Under the pieces are notes generated by a model. It made no database searches. It was not told where the DNA came from and saw nothing but the letters and a program-made list of their open reading frames with translations. 64,000 bases of DNA from contig JBEKER010000001.1 in the NCBI GenBank assembly GCA_050013755.1, forward strand, positions 37,595 to 101,594, read 5' to 3'. A program made the position numbers and the translations under genes. This stretch comes from Halobacteriota archaeon. Its GTDB lineage: Archaea; Halobacteriota; Bog-38; Methanoflorentales; Methanoflorentaceae. Positions 50,388 through 60,474 of this stretch are shown here, piece after piece (the stretch's first letter is position 1; each line of letters starts with the position of its first letter).

Positions 50388-51134
50388 CTACAATAAGCTA
50401 ATAGCAACAAGAGCGATCAAACGTCCTAGCTCATTCGACGATCCTATAACGTCGCCGTTTATTCCGCCGAACGCCATATTGGCGAGCTTCACTAGCCCAA
50501 GCGATAGGGCTAGAGGGGGCAACAACACGAGGAGACCTCTGACGCCAAAACAGAGAACCGCTACTAGTGCCGCGAGAAGCAGTGCCAGTGCGAATGTCAA
50601 CAGCCCACTGTTTTCTGCAAAACGGGATCCAAGTCCCTGGTGCGTCGCTTTCCCAAGCGAGGCGACTTCAACCATCGAAAGCTTCGCTGCGGCTTCAGCT
50701 GTGATCAAAGCGGGTAGGAGCGCCGTTGACTTGATAGATACCACTGCAGCGAAAAGCAGCAGAAGCGAGAGGACACAAAATGCGATCCCGCCGACACCGA
50801 TGTATGGGTCTTTGATGACTCGAAGCCGTTCTTGCATTGTTCCGTGCTTCAGTAGTCCATCGCCCACGTCAGCTAACCCATCAAGATGGATAAAACCTGT
50901 TAGCGCATAGAGGGCTACGAGCGTCAGCGCGGCGCGGACAAAGTCGCTCACGTGCGGTATGAAGGTGAGCGCATAGCTGATCCCTCCGACCAACAGTCCG
51001 ATCGCAGCTCCGACTAGGATAAAAATCCACATGCGCCTGGCCAAGCTGTCGAGCGCTGCTTCATTGAATCCCACTGGAATCGTCGTCAAAAACCCGAAGC
51101 CAGACCGAATAGAGTCAAGGAGGCGTTGAGGCAT
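50388..51134 (-). CDS. cobS: Cobalamin synthase
   Basis: FLTTIP, HLDGLADVGD, GGINGDVIG. Confidence 0.93.
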   Translation of the reverse strand: MPQRLLDSIRSGFGFLTTIPVGFNEAALDSLARRMWIFILVGAAIGLLVGGISYALTFIPHVSDFVRAALTLVALYALTGFIHLDGLADVGDGLLKHGTMQERLRVIKDPYIGVGGIAFCVLSLLLLFAAVVSIKSTALLPALITAEAAAKLSMVEVASLGKATHQGLGSRFAENSGLLTFALALLLAALVAVLCFGVRGLLVLLPPLALSLGLVKLANMAFGGINGDVIGSSNELGRLIALVAISLL

Positions 51135-51585
51135 CGGCTGCTCCTCTGTCGTACATGTTAGCCGATACGCCGCCTATCAGGCCGGCGACGATATCATCCA
51201 AGAATGGCCCGAGCGATTTGAGAACTCCAGGTTTGAGCTTGTCGAATCGGGCATAATCGAAGTGTCCCTTGTAACCCCCAACGTACATTGATATTGCCAT
51301 TCCCAATACCTCATCAGCTATCAGACAAGTCAAATCCTTTTCGTAGGAGACAGGATCTAGGTTTGGTATACGGCCTTGCCGTGCGTCTCTTTCTAACGCT
51401 ACTCCGGCATACAGAAGGACCCACACGTTGGGATCGGCCAGAGCTCGCCGAAGCTCGCTCGAGAAAACTTCTCGGGCGCGCGCTTCTGTTTCGACTCCTG
51501 GATGTGGAACCCATAGCAGCATCGCTGTATCGATCACATCTTCTAGCGCGACACCCATTTCTTTCAACATTTCTTCTTTTATCAT
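51115..51585 (-). CDS. cobZ: Alpha-ribazole phosphatase, archaeal type
   Basis: DPNV, LIADEVLG, FD..KPG, PFLDD. Confidence 0.88.
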   Translation of the reverse strand: MIKEEMLKEMGVALEDVIDTAMLLWVPHPGVETEARAREVFSSELRRALADPNVWVLLYAGVALERDARQGRIPNLDPVSYEKDLTCLIADEVLGMAISMYVGGYKGHFDYARFDKLKPGVLKSLGPFLDDIVAGLIGGVSANMYDRGAADASTPP

Positions 51586-51764
51586 CACGACGCCTTCCGT
51601 CTCAGGTTCGTGGCTTGAACCAAAACTCTGCAAAATGGCGCATCGGGGCTTGCGAGGGTTAATACGTTGGCAGCCCGCCCTTCTCGACGGACACAGCGAC
51701 GCTTCGACCTCAGTTCGTCAGACGGTTCGAGCGAATACCAAATAGTCGCGACCCAGCCAAGCTG

Positions 51765-52775
51765 CTATTGTGCAATTTCGACTAGCTCATCATCGTGTCG
51801 GACTCGTATTCCACGGCCTGAAATAGTACCGACTTGCTTAGCGCCGTCGCTGAGGTGTGCGATTCGTCTTGCCTCACGTTGAGGCGCAACAATAGCAAAC
51901 CCCATCCCCATATTAAAGGTTTTGTACATCTCTCGTACGTCAACGCCTTCCGCTTGAATCAAACTGAATATCTCTTGCGGTTCGAGAGGATCTGACAAGT
52001 TGAAGCCCAGCCGGGTAAGTCTTTTGAGATTCAGAAGGCCGCCTCCAGTGATGTGCGCCAAGCCGTGGACCTCGCAATTCTTATTAATGTCGAGGATCTC
52101 TGAGTAGATCCGCGTTGGCACGAGCAGCTCTTCGCCAAGCGTGCGCTGCATGCTTCCGTGACGCGCGTAAAGGCTATATTTGGCCAGCAGTTTGCGGGCG
52201 AGCGTCAGACCATTGCTATGAACTCCGCTGCTCGGAATGCCGACAACGGCGTCTCCGCTCTCGATCTTATGGCCGGTGACAAGGTCTTCTTTTGAAGCAA
52301 TTCCTATGCAGCTGCCCGCCAAGTCGAACCCCCTCACGATATCGGGGAGGCTCGCAGTTTCGCCGCCTACTATGGATACGTTAGCTATCTTCGCCCCTTT
52401 TGCGAGCCCCTCCCCGATTTGATCGGCAATAGAAGGCTCAATGCTCTCCATTGCGAGGTAATCGACAAAAGCCATAGGCTCCAAGCCCATTGCGTAAAGG
52501 TCGTTCACGTTCATTGCCATGCAATCGATTCCGATGGTCCTCCAGTTTCCCATTTCCGTTGCGACAAGAACCTTCGATCCCACGCCGTCCGTGGTGATCC
52601 CAATAATGAAATCGCCCATGTCAAGAAGTCCGGCGTAGGCGCCTTCGATGTTGATAGGACTTCCGCGTCCCTTCTTCTTGGTCGTAAAATGTCTTCGAAG
52701 GGCTCTTATTGCCTCTTCTTCAGCGCTGATGTCTACTCCTGATTCTGCGTATGTGTGGGGGTGCTGCGACTTCAT
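51765..52775 (-). CDS. purM: AIR synthetase
   Basis: TYAESGVD, TDGVGSK, GGETA, HSNG, TFNMG. Confidence 0.96.
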   Translation of the reverse strand: MKSQHPHTYAESGVDISAEEEAIRALRRHFTTKKKGRGSPINIEGAYAGLLDMGDFIIGITTDGVGSKVLVATEMGNWRTIGIDCMAMNVNDLYAMGLEPMAFVDYLAMESIEPSIADQIGEGLAKGAKIANVSIVGGETASLPDIVRGFDLAGSCIGIASKEDLVTGHKIESGDAVVGIPSSGVHSNGLTLARKLLAKYSLYARHGSMQRTLGEELLVPTRIYSEILDINKNCEVHGLAHITGGGLLNLKRLTRLGFNLSDPLEPQEIFSLIQAEGVDVREMYKTFNMGMGFAIVAPQREARRIAHLSDGAKQVGTISGRGIRVRHDDELVEIAQ

Positions 52776-52985
52776 GATGAGACCTGCGCGTTAGGAACTA
52801 GCTGAGGTGAAAGTGCACTACCTCGCGGGCCTAATCGCTCGAAAGCGTCGAGCGATTGATATTCGTTTGTTGACGCATCTGCGCTCGGCTAAAAGCAGTT
52901 AGGGTTTGTACCTTAAAAAAAGATCGTTTGCAGCTTAGCAAAAACCGGCTTAGTGATGGCGATATTGGGCTCATCTGGATAGGAG

Positions 52986-54401
52986 CTATTGCGGTCCCGA
53001 AAGCGAGAACTCTTCGTGAAGACTCTCCACAGCGCGACGTACTGAATCTCGTTTCAAAACGAAAGAGACGTTATATTCAGTGGATCCTTGGCTGATCATG
53101 ATGACGTTGACGTTGATACTTCCCATACGGCTGAAAATCCTGCCCACTATGCCGGGCGTTCCTGCCATTCGAGAGCCGACGACAGCTATTGCGCTCACGT
53201 CTTCGTTACATGAAATCTCTTTGATGACGTTGCCGTTAAACTCATTCTTTAGCCCGTGCAGAGCATTCAAGGCGCTGCTCAAATGTTCCTCCTCGACAAG
53301 CACCGATATGTTCGCTTCGCTCGATCCCTGACTTATCATAATAATATTAACGCCTGCGTCGGCAAGCTTCGCGAACACGTGGGCCGCAACGCCAATGGTT
53401 CCCGCCATTCCGGCGCCTGAGAGAGTAATAAGAGCGACGTTGTTAACCGCCGTTACTGCTTTAACCAGGCTTTGATCATTGGCGACCGTATGAACGATAG
53501 TCGTGTTCGCGCCGTTAGGGTTGAATGTGTTCTTTACGCGCACGGGGATACCCTTAGTTACGGCCGGTTCGATTGTTTTCGGGTGTATGACCTTCGCTCC
53601 AAAATAAGAGATCTCCATCGCCTCAGCGTAAGACACCTGTGGAAGCGTGCGGGCGTTAGAAACGAGCTTAGGATCTGCGGTCATGATACCGTCAACGTCG
53701 GTCCAAATCCATATTTCGTCAGCGTCGACAGCGCTTCCGATGATTGACGCTGTATAGTCGGACCCGCCTCGGCCAAGGGTTGTGATGATGTTGTGAATAT
53801 TGGACGCAATGAAACCGGTGATGACCGGCACGATGCTCACCTTGAGGAGCGGTACAAGCCGCTCGTGGACTCGTCGTTCCGTGATTTCCGTAGGGCCCGC
53901 GCCACGGTGCTTACTATCGGTTATGATACCCGCTTCTCCACCCGTTAGAAAGACTGACTGGACTTTGAGCGATTTCAATGCGCCAGAGACGATCGGAGCA
54001 GATAGCCGTTCACCGAAAGACGAAACGTAATCGTACGATCGGTCAGTGAGTTCGCCAAGGTGGTATATACCCGTAAGCGCGTTTTTGAGCTCTTCTAGCC
54101 GTGTCTCTATCTCTGATATGACTTCGGTAACGATCATCTCATCTTCGATTGCGGCGTAGGTGGCGTCGAAATGCCGCTTACCTATCAGGTGAACGAATTC
54201 TGCGATCTCGATAATCTCGGCATATTCACTGGTCAACCGCTCTGCCGTAGTCTGAAGCTCATCCGTTAAGCCAGACATGGCAGAAACGACGACAGCAATC
54301 TCGTCTCCTTTATCATAATAGCTTCGCACAAGCTCTCCGACCTGTCTTATTCTTGGGCCATCGGCGACCGAGGTACCGCCGAATTTCATCACGTATCTCA
54401 T
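52986..54401 (-). CDS. lysC: Aspartate kinase with two ACT domains
   Basis: MKFGGTSV, LGRGGSDY, WTDVDG, SQGSSE. Confidence 0.96.
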   Translation of the reverse strand: MRYVMKFGGTSVADGPRIRQVGELVRSYYDKGDEIAVVVSAMSGLTDELQTTAERLTSEYAEIIEIAEFVHLIGKRHFDATYAAIEDEMIVTEVISEIETRLEELKNALTGIYHLGELTDRSYDYVSSFGERLSAPIVSGALKSLKVQSVFLTGGEAGIITDSKHRGAGPTEITERRVHERLVPLLKVSIVPVITGFIASNIHNIITTLGRGGSDYTASIIGSAVDADEIWIWTDVDGIMTADPKLVSNARTLPQVSYAEAMEISYFGAKVIHPKTIEPAVTKGIPVRVKNTFNPNGANTTIVHTVANDQSLVKAVTAVNNVALITLSGAGMAGTIGVAAHVFAKLADAGVNIIMISQGSSEANISVLVEEEHLSSALNALHGLKNEFNGNVIKEISCNEDVSAIAVVGSRMAGTPGIVGRIFSRMGSINVNVIMISQGSTEYNVSFVLKRDSVRRAVESLHEEFSLSGPQ

Positions 54402-54839
54402 TTTACCTGAACCTTATGGGCTGCGTTTTAAGCTAAATTATCCCGTTTGCTTGTATTAAAGCCTTCTGACAGGATGCCAGAGCTTCGTGGATACGACAAA
54501 AAGACTTTAGTAGCAGAAATGGCCTGAGACTGGTAGTGTTAGCGTGTCGCCGTCTGAGCTTTCGGCATTGTTGCCAACACTCTTTTTTTGCCAAAGGGCT
54601 ATATTCTCTCAATCGTTTTGGCACTGGTAACGTTCATTGATTCACGACGCAACGCGCTCAGTATAAGGGGCAGCTTGCCGTGCGTGATTGCCGTCCTTAT
54701 TATATGGCCAGTTTTTTTCATCTACCTTTTTTACAGACACTGGACGCACCGCTGATCATCGTTTTGTGTATCACACAATTCAGGAGGTTTTGCGTCTTCT
54801 TCACGCGTTATGCCAGAGTAGAGGTGGCACTGGAATCAT

Positions 54840-55481
54840 TCACAATAAGTTAAAAACGACGAATATGACGTAAACAGCGGCCACAAAAGGCAGGGTCGCT
54901 ATCGCCACGTATTGCAGCACACCCCAGTTCAGCACTTTCCTCCCATCGAGGGGCCCTATCGGGAGCAAGTTAAAGGCGGATAGCCATATGTTGATTGCAA
55001 AGCCGTATAGTCCAACGTAGTTAAGCAAGCCCCCTAGGGGCGTCAGCAGCGACAGCGTCAGCAGGTACAGGAGCAGGTACAGCCCGCCTAACGCCAGATT
55101 AAGAAGCGGCCCGGCGGCAGATATGATCCCATTTTGTCGCTTGGTGATAGTTGGACCGTAGATCATGGTAGCTCCAGGAGCTGCGAACACGATGTGGGTT
55201 ACATAGGCAAACAGGATCGACAGCCCTAGAGTGACATAGTTCGCTCTGAATTCAGACCAGAATCCAAAACGCTGGGCCGTATACTTGTGCAAGAGCTCGT
55301 GCAAGACAAAACTTGAGCCAACAACCAGAAGCGGCACTGTGAGTGTAACAAGGATATCCTCCAATGATACGTTCGACAAGCTGACTCCGCTAAATGCAAG
55401 ATAGAAGGCGAATGAAACGCCCAACCACGCTGCGAAGAGATCAACGAGTTCTTTGCTGCTTGTTGAATGCCGTATCTGCAT
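54840..55481 (-). CDS. M50 family intramembrane metalloprotease
   Basis: HELLH, AAGPLLN, FNLLPIGPLDG. Confidence 0.9.
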   Translation of the reverse strand: MQIRHSTSSKELVDLFAAWLGVSFAFYLAFSGVSLSNVSLEDILVTLTVPLLVVGSSFVLHELLHKYTAQRFGFWSEFRANYVTLGLSILFAYVTHIVFAAPGATMIYGPTITKRQNGIISAAGPLLNLALGGLYLLLYLLTLSLLTPLGGLLNYVGLYGFAINIWLSAFNLLPIGPLDGRKVLNWGVLQYVAIATLPFVAAVYVIFVVFNLL

Positions 55482-56686
55482 TATGCGAACCCCCCTATAA
55501 CGTGTGAGAGCGCAGCGTGCAAGATATCGTACGGGTTAACGCCCGTCATAGGAAATATTACGAGCAGAGCGATGAACGTAGCTAGGGTACTCCCCACGTT
55601 AACCGCCACAGCAACTACTAGTATCCGAAAAAGCTTATTTGAGAGCAGCTCCCGCACAGACGAAGCCTTGGTGATTCCTGAAAAATCTTCGGTTCCAGGT
55701 GGCCGCTTGGCTGCTTCGATCAGCCCGGCGATCACGCCAACCTTGAGGAAAGGGAGCGGAACAAAGGGGCTAAAGCCTGCGTATCCCGCAGACGCTGCGA
55801 TGGCGAGCGGATGGCTTCTGCTGGCTGTGGCAAAGCTAGCGGCAAAAACAGCGTGAAGCACAAACCAGTACCCAAAAGCGAGCAGCACAACGCCTAGCGG
55901 AGCGCCAGAAAGGAACATGAGTGCAAATAAACCTACGATTACCGCTAAAAAGACCATGCCCGCGATTTTTGTCAAATTCACGCGTCTTTTTGGGACAGCG
56001 TTAAGCTCTTCAAGCGGCGGAATAAGCTCCGGATGATCAAGAAAGCGCTTTATCCCCTCTTTGTGGCCGGCGCCGACGACAGCGACGACTTTTCCGCGTA
56101 GCTTTAGTAAATTTCCGGCCAGATATGCGTCCCGTTCGTCAACAAGCACCCGCGCAGCGTTTGGTGAGAACTGCCGCAATTCGCTGACCAGCTGTGAAAT
56201 AACGTCATCGTTTGTGATGTCTTCGAGGTCTATTTCCTCGTCACTCCTGGTAATGCCGAGAAGCGCGACAAGCATCTTCAGCTTCTCGATGAGACGCATC
56301 TTTGCCCAGAATCGAGCAATGGTTACGTTGATATCTCGATCGACGAGTGCTACGCTCGCTCCGACGCTCCCTGCCACTTCGATTGCGGAGAGCATCTCGC
56401 TCCCGGGCTTGACTCCGACTTCTGAGCCGAGCTTATTCTGCACATACGCAAGCAGCCAGTGCACTAAGAACTGATACAACCTACCGCTTGAGAGGACGTC
56501 CTTAATCGACGCACTTTGCTGTTCGGGGTGCGTCAACGCCTGGTACCGGCCGGGATCTAATTCCACCGCGACGACATCAGGCCGTTCGGCTTCAATAGTG
56601 CGCTGTACCTCTCGTATACTCTCTTCGGAGATGTGCGCAGTTCCGACAATGATGATCTCTGCCGGCTGATCAGGACTCTCATACAT
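55481..56686 (-). CDS. TraB/PrgY (pheromone shutdown) family protein
   Basis: VGTAHIS, VELD, PGSEM, DERD, VVGAGH. Confidence 0.92.
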   Translation of the reverse strand: MYESPDQPAEIIIVGTAHISEESIREVQRTIEAERPDVVAVELDPGRYQALTHPEQQSASIKDVLSSGRLYQFLVHWLLAYVQNKLGSEVGVKPGSEMLSAIEVAGSVGASVALVDRDINVTIARFWAKMRLIEKLKMLVALLGITRSDEEIDLEDITNDDVISQLVSELRQFSPNAARVLVDERDAYLAGNLLKLRGKVVAVVGAGHKEGIKRFLDHPELIPPLEELNAVPKRRVNLTKIAGMVFLAVIVGLFALMFLSGAPLGVVLLAFGYWFVLHAVFAASFATASRSHPLAIAASAGYAGFSPFVPLPFLKVGVIAGLIEAAKRPPGTEDFSGITKASSVRELLSNKLFRILVVAVAVNVGSTLATFIALLVIFPMTGVNPYDILHAALSHVIGGFA

Positions 56687-56701
56687 CGCGTGCTGCTTCC
56701 G

Positions 56702-57805
56702 CTATGCTTTGATCACAGTGCCGTCAGGGCCGACGATCTGTTCTCGCGCCTCCCCCAGCAAGGTCATCGCGCTCATGACGTCTTTCTGTGTGATGATCCC
56801 GACTACGCTGCCTCCCTGAACCACGGGAATCGCTTCAAGCCGCCGTTGGGCGAGCTTGACGAAGACCTCAGAGGCCTCATCATCGGGCGTTACGGGCTCA
56901 ACGTTGCGCATCATCACGTTGCCTACCATTATGTCATCTCGACGGTTCGGAGGCACCTGATGCACGTTAGTGAATGTAATAAGGCCTACGAGATTGCCGC
57001 TGTCGACGACAGGGTAACTTGCGTGTTTGCTCTGAAACATGACCTCAATCAGTTGGGTGATCATCATCGATGGAGGCACGGTCGCTACCTCAGCCGTCAT
57101 GATGTCGCGCACCTTAATGCCTGCTAGCGTCTGAGTGATCGTGGTCTGTCGCTCCTCATCAGACGCGGCGATGTAGATGAAGAAAGCTATGATGATCAAA
57201 ATCGGACTAAAGAACAGTCCGACGATGCCCATCCCAATTGCAAAGATCTTGCCGATTTGGACGGCGGTATGCGTCGCCTTTAAGTAGGGCTGCCGACTGG
57301 CAAGCCATGCCCGGAACACGCGTCCGCCATCCATAGGAAATGCTGGGAGAATATTGAACCCGCCGAGAACAAGGTTGATATACGCAAAGTTCTCCAAGAA
57401 CAGATTTGGCACAGTTGCAGTCACTGCAAGGCTCAATGCGAAAAAGACCGCGCCGAGGCCTAGACTGACCAGTGGCCCGACTAGCGCAGTTCTGAACTCG
57501 AGTTTGGGATCTGTCGGGATTTCGATTGCGGAAACCCCTCCGATGAGGTAAAGCGTTATGCTTTTTACTTCGATGCCGTAGCGCAAGGCAAGAAGAGAGT
57601 GCCCAAGTTCGTGGAGCAGCACGAAAACAAAGATCATAATGCCCGCTATTGTCCCGTAAACGTACGCGTTGGGAACGGTTGCAAACCCTATAGGTGGGGG
57701 GGAGATAGCGAACGCGAAGGCGAACAGGGGGATGATTAAAATGAGCGTAATATTGATTAGAATCGGGATTCCGCGAACGGTAGCGATTCGAAAAGACCAA
57801 GCCAT
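56702..57805 (-). CDS. Site-2 protease (M50) with C-terminal CBS pair
   Basis: HELGH, FNILPAFPMDGGR, CBS motifs. Confidence 0.93.
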   Translation of the reverse strand: MAWSFRIATVRGIPILINITLILIIPLFAFAFAISPPPIGFATVPNAYVYGTIAGIMIFVFVLLHELGHSLLALRYGIEVKSITLYLIGGVSAIEIPTDPKLEFRTALVGPLVSLGLGAVFFALSLAVTATVPNLFLENFAYINLVLGGFNILPAFPMDGGRVFRAWLASRQPYLKATHTAVQIGKIFAIGMGIVGLFFSPILIIIAFFIYIAASDEERQTTITQTLAGIKVRDIMTAEVATVPPSMMITQLIEVMFQSKHASYPVVDSGNLVGLITFTNVHQVPPNRRDDIMVGNVMMRNVEPVTPDDEASEVFVKLAQRRLEAIPVVQGGSVVGIITQKDVMSAMTLLGEAREQIVGPDGTVIKA

Positions 57806-57901
57806 ATAATCCTGATCTAGTCTTTATTTGGCAAACTATATATCACTTTAGTCAATAGTGTATGCCGGAGTTTGTGCACGAATTTCAAAAGGGAGGTTGA
57901 A

Positions 57902-58171
57902 ATGCGAATCGAGCTGACACAAATCATGGACCTCAACGTGTATACGGATAAGGGGGAATACGTAGGAAAAGTTGAGGACATCAAGATCGACACGAACGAT
58001 AAAAGGGTAACTGGCCTCGTTATAGGGGACATTAACCATAATATCTTCGATATAAAGTACCGATTCGTAGTGATACCCTACAGGTTTGCAAAATCGATTG
58101 CCGACATAATTCTCGTAAGTAGCGTCGTGAAAACGCTCATCGGCCGAGCTAAGCCAAAAGAAGAAGCGTAA
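57902..58171 (+). CDS. PRC-barrel domain protein
   Basis: VYTDKGEYVGKVEDI, IPY..IADIILV; GGAGGT SD. Confidence 0.88.
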   Translation: MRIELTQIMDLNVYTDKGEYVGKVEDIKIDTNDKRVTGLVIGDINHNIFDIKYRFVVIPYRFAKSIADIILVSSVVKTLIGRAKPKEEA

Positions 58172-58917
58172 TGAAAGAGCGCGAGATCTACGCAGGCTTG
58201 CGCACAGTTGCCCCTTTTTTTGTGCGTGTTGACGGACGCAATTTCCGGCACGCGCTTTCGCTGCTCAAGCGTGAACAGCCGTACGATCTCGCCTTTGCCG
58301 AGTCAATGGGCGCCGCGTCTGAAGCGCTCATGCGACGCAGCGGACTGCCCGTGCAGCTCGTTTTCACATTTTCTGACGAAGCAAATGTCCTCTTTCGTGA
58401 AGCTCCATTTGACGGCAGGATCGAGAAGCTTGACTCCGTCGTCGCCAGCTTCTTCGCCAGCGCGGTGACACTTAGCCTCTCCTCGGACGTCCCTTTAGCG
58501 TTTGATGCACGCATCATTCCTGTGAGCGCAATGGATATCCCGATCTACCTCGAATCGAGGCAAAATGAAACGTGGCGAAATTATGTGCACGCGTACGGTT
58601 ACTATTACTTGCGGCAAAACGGTCATACAGGACGAGAAGCTCACGCGACATTGCTTGGAATGACCTCGAGCGAGATGCACGAGCTAATGTTTAGCCACGG
58701 GGTCAATCTGGCGAAGACTCCCGCCTGGCAGAGGCGGGGAATCCTTGTCCATAAACAAAGTTATGAGAAAGAGGGCTTAGATCCGATAACTGGTCGCCCG
58801 AGCACTACACGCCGATCAAGAGTCGTGCAAAACTGGGATCTTCCCATTTTTAAATCGCCTGATGGGCGCGAGATGCTCGTTGGGCTCATCGGTCCTACAA
58901 TAAATAAATATCAATAA
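58171..58917 (+). CDS. tRNA(His) guanylyltransferase Thg1-like 3'-5' polymerase
   Basis: VRVDGRNF, SDE, FDGRIEKL, FDAR, PAWQRRG. Confidence 0.93.
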   Translation: MKEREIYAGLRTVAPFFVRVDGRNFRHALSLLKREQPYDLAFAESMGAASEALMRRSGLPVQLVFTFSDEANVLFREAPFDGRIEKLDSVVASFFASAVTLSLSSDVPLAFDARIIPVSAMDIPIYLESRQNETWRNYVHAYGYYYLRQNGHTGREAHATLLGMTSSEMHELMFSHGVNLAKTPAWQRRGILVHKQSYEKEGLDPITGRPSTTRRSRVVQNWDLPIFKSPDGREMLVGLIGPTINKYQ

Positions 58918-59034
58918 TTATATATTAATATCTGGAGAAATAGGCTTTTTCAGCAACAGGTCCAAAGAGATAGACGCCTGTTAAGCAGCGCGAAGAAATC
59001 GGTAGCGGGTGAGGGTTAAGGAAGGGAAAGCATC

Positions 59035-60474
59035 GTGGCTTTAGGTCTTTTGGGAGCGAAACCGAAGGTTGCAAAGAATCAACAGGTGTCCCTGCTTGAG
59101 ATCAAGAAGGGGCCGTTCTACGTTGTGGCGTCTGTAGAAGTGGGCAACACGACGACGAAGTGTATCCTTACCGCGACGAACATGCAGGAGGGCAAGGCTT
59201 ATGTCGTCAACAAGGTCGTCAACATGACGCGTGACGTGCGCGACCCAAAGCCAGGCGAAGAAATCTTTGGTCGGACCCTGACCTATAAGCCGCTTACACG
59301 AAACAGCATTGCTGAGATGGTGAAGGGCACCCTCATCAAGTCCGTGCGAAACGCGAATCTCGAGCTTGCCGATGACCTCCATTTTGTCGTGCGTTCCACC
59401 GGCGTTGTCGCTGGTTTTGACCAGCCCGAAGATATTGGTGAGTTTATAAAGGCACTTGCCGACGGCTGCTTAATGGCGGGAGTTACAGCACGTAAAATGA
59501 CGCCAGCGATGAGCCTTCACCACCTCCCAAAGAAGTTTCGCGAGTACAGTCTTCTCGACAAAGTCGCTTTTGACGGTTCGGTAAGCGGCGTGCTCCCACC
59601 GATCGGCTCGACAGGGGTTGAAGTTGTCGCAAATGAAATGGAGGGGGAGCTTGCGACGGCCGGAATCAAGGAAGGCGCGAAATGGGCAGACGTTGACTTC
59701 AGAAATCCGTGCCTTTCTATGGATTTTGGGACAACTTTCAAAGGTCGCATCACCAACGACGTACTTCCCTACGCGAACACGATCGCGAACTTCTGTGGGA
59801 TCTCTGGGGAAATCGTCGATTCAGTCGGCCGCGGCACCGGGCTGGTAGACGAAACGAGCGGCACGACGTTTGACCTCCCAAAGCTGAGCCGACTGAGGGT
59901 CAGCGTGGCGAGAGAACGAGACGTAAGAGCTCTCGCAAACGAGATCCACGAACATATTCGAATCGAGGAAGTCCCAAAAACGTCCAAGCGCTTTGGCAGC
60001 GTCCCCGTGAATCCTCACGCTGCGGCGCAAATCGGGTTGACCCTCATCGGCGTTGATTCTGGTGAAAACGGCAGTGACCTTCACCGCATTTCGAAAGTCG
60101 GTGGCGAGATCTACGAAGACTATGGGCTTGGAATGCTCTATGGCGTTATTGATTGGGTTTCTACCGGCATAGCCGAACGGATCATCAATACAGCTTTTAC
60201 GAAAGGTCTGATCAATGACAAGGTGAGCATCGGGATAACCGGGCGCGCGGGCATAACCGGAAACAAGCCTAGTCACATCTTGAAGGCTATCAAAGAGATG
60301 GGCATCTATAGCAAGCCCGAAGACTACGTCGTGTTTGTGGATGATGGGCTAGCGCGAGGCGCCGCTATCATGGCACGATGCATGAATTCGCTTGGCACGC
60401 CCAAGAATCCGTTTGGAGGACTTAGAGGCGGCAGGTGCATATTGGGTCAGCGGATCAGACTGCAGACCTATTGA
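59035..60474 (+). CDS. Methanogenesis marker protein 14
   Basis: VASVEVGNTTTKCIL, VRSTGVVAGF, NEMEGEL, DDGLARGAA.MARCMNSLG. Confidence 0.9.
   Translation: MALGLLGAKPKVAKNQQVSLLEIKKGPFYVVASVEVGNTTTKCILTATNMQEGKAYVVNKVVNMTRDVRDPKPGEEIFGRTLTYKPLTRNSIAEMVKGTLIKSVRNANLELADDLHFVVRSTGVVAGFDQPEDIGEFIKALADGCLMAGVTARKMTPAMSLHHLPKKFREYSLLDKVAFDGSVSGVLPPIGSTGVEVVANEMEGELATAGIKEGAKWADVDFRNPCLSMDFGTTFKGRITNDVLPYANTIANFCGISGEIVDSVGRGTGLVDETSGTTFDLPKLSRLRVSVARERDVRALANEIHEHIRIEEVPKTSKRFGSVPVNPHAAAQIGLTLIGVDSGENGSDLHRISKVGGEIYEDYGLGMLYGVIDWVSTGIAERIINTAFTKGLINDKVSIGITGRAGITGNKPSHILKAIKEMGIYSKPEDYVVFVDDGLARGAAIMARCMNSLGTPKNPFGGLRGGRCILGQRIRLQTY

Noticed and set aside
49744..52775. purM next to cobZSY as an AIR supply for the cobamide lower ligand
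   Set aside because: About 180-nt gap with its own possible TATA-like element; no ThiC/Bza-type gene in the window
52774..52805. ATGATGA...CTGA C/D-box pair on the + strand
   Set aside because: Only 32 nt, no convincing second box pair, overlaps the purM start codon, and no rRNA target recognised
54402..54839. 438-nt intergenic region upstream of aspartate kinase as a lysine riboswitch or small gene
   Set aside because: No recognisable riboswitch consensus, strong stems or credible ORF
56686..56704. In-frame TAG between CBS-M50 and TraB (pyrrolysine readthrough?)
   Set aside because: Both proteins are complete with their own termini; one-in-three chance of being in frame; no pyl genes in the window
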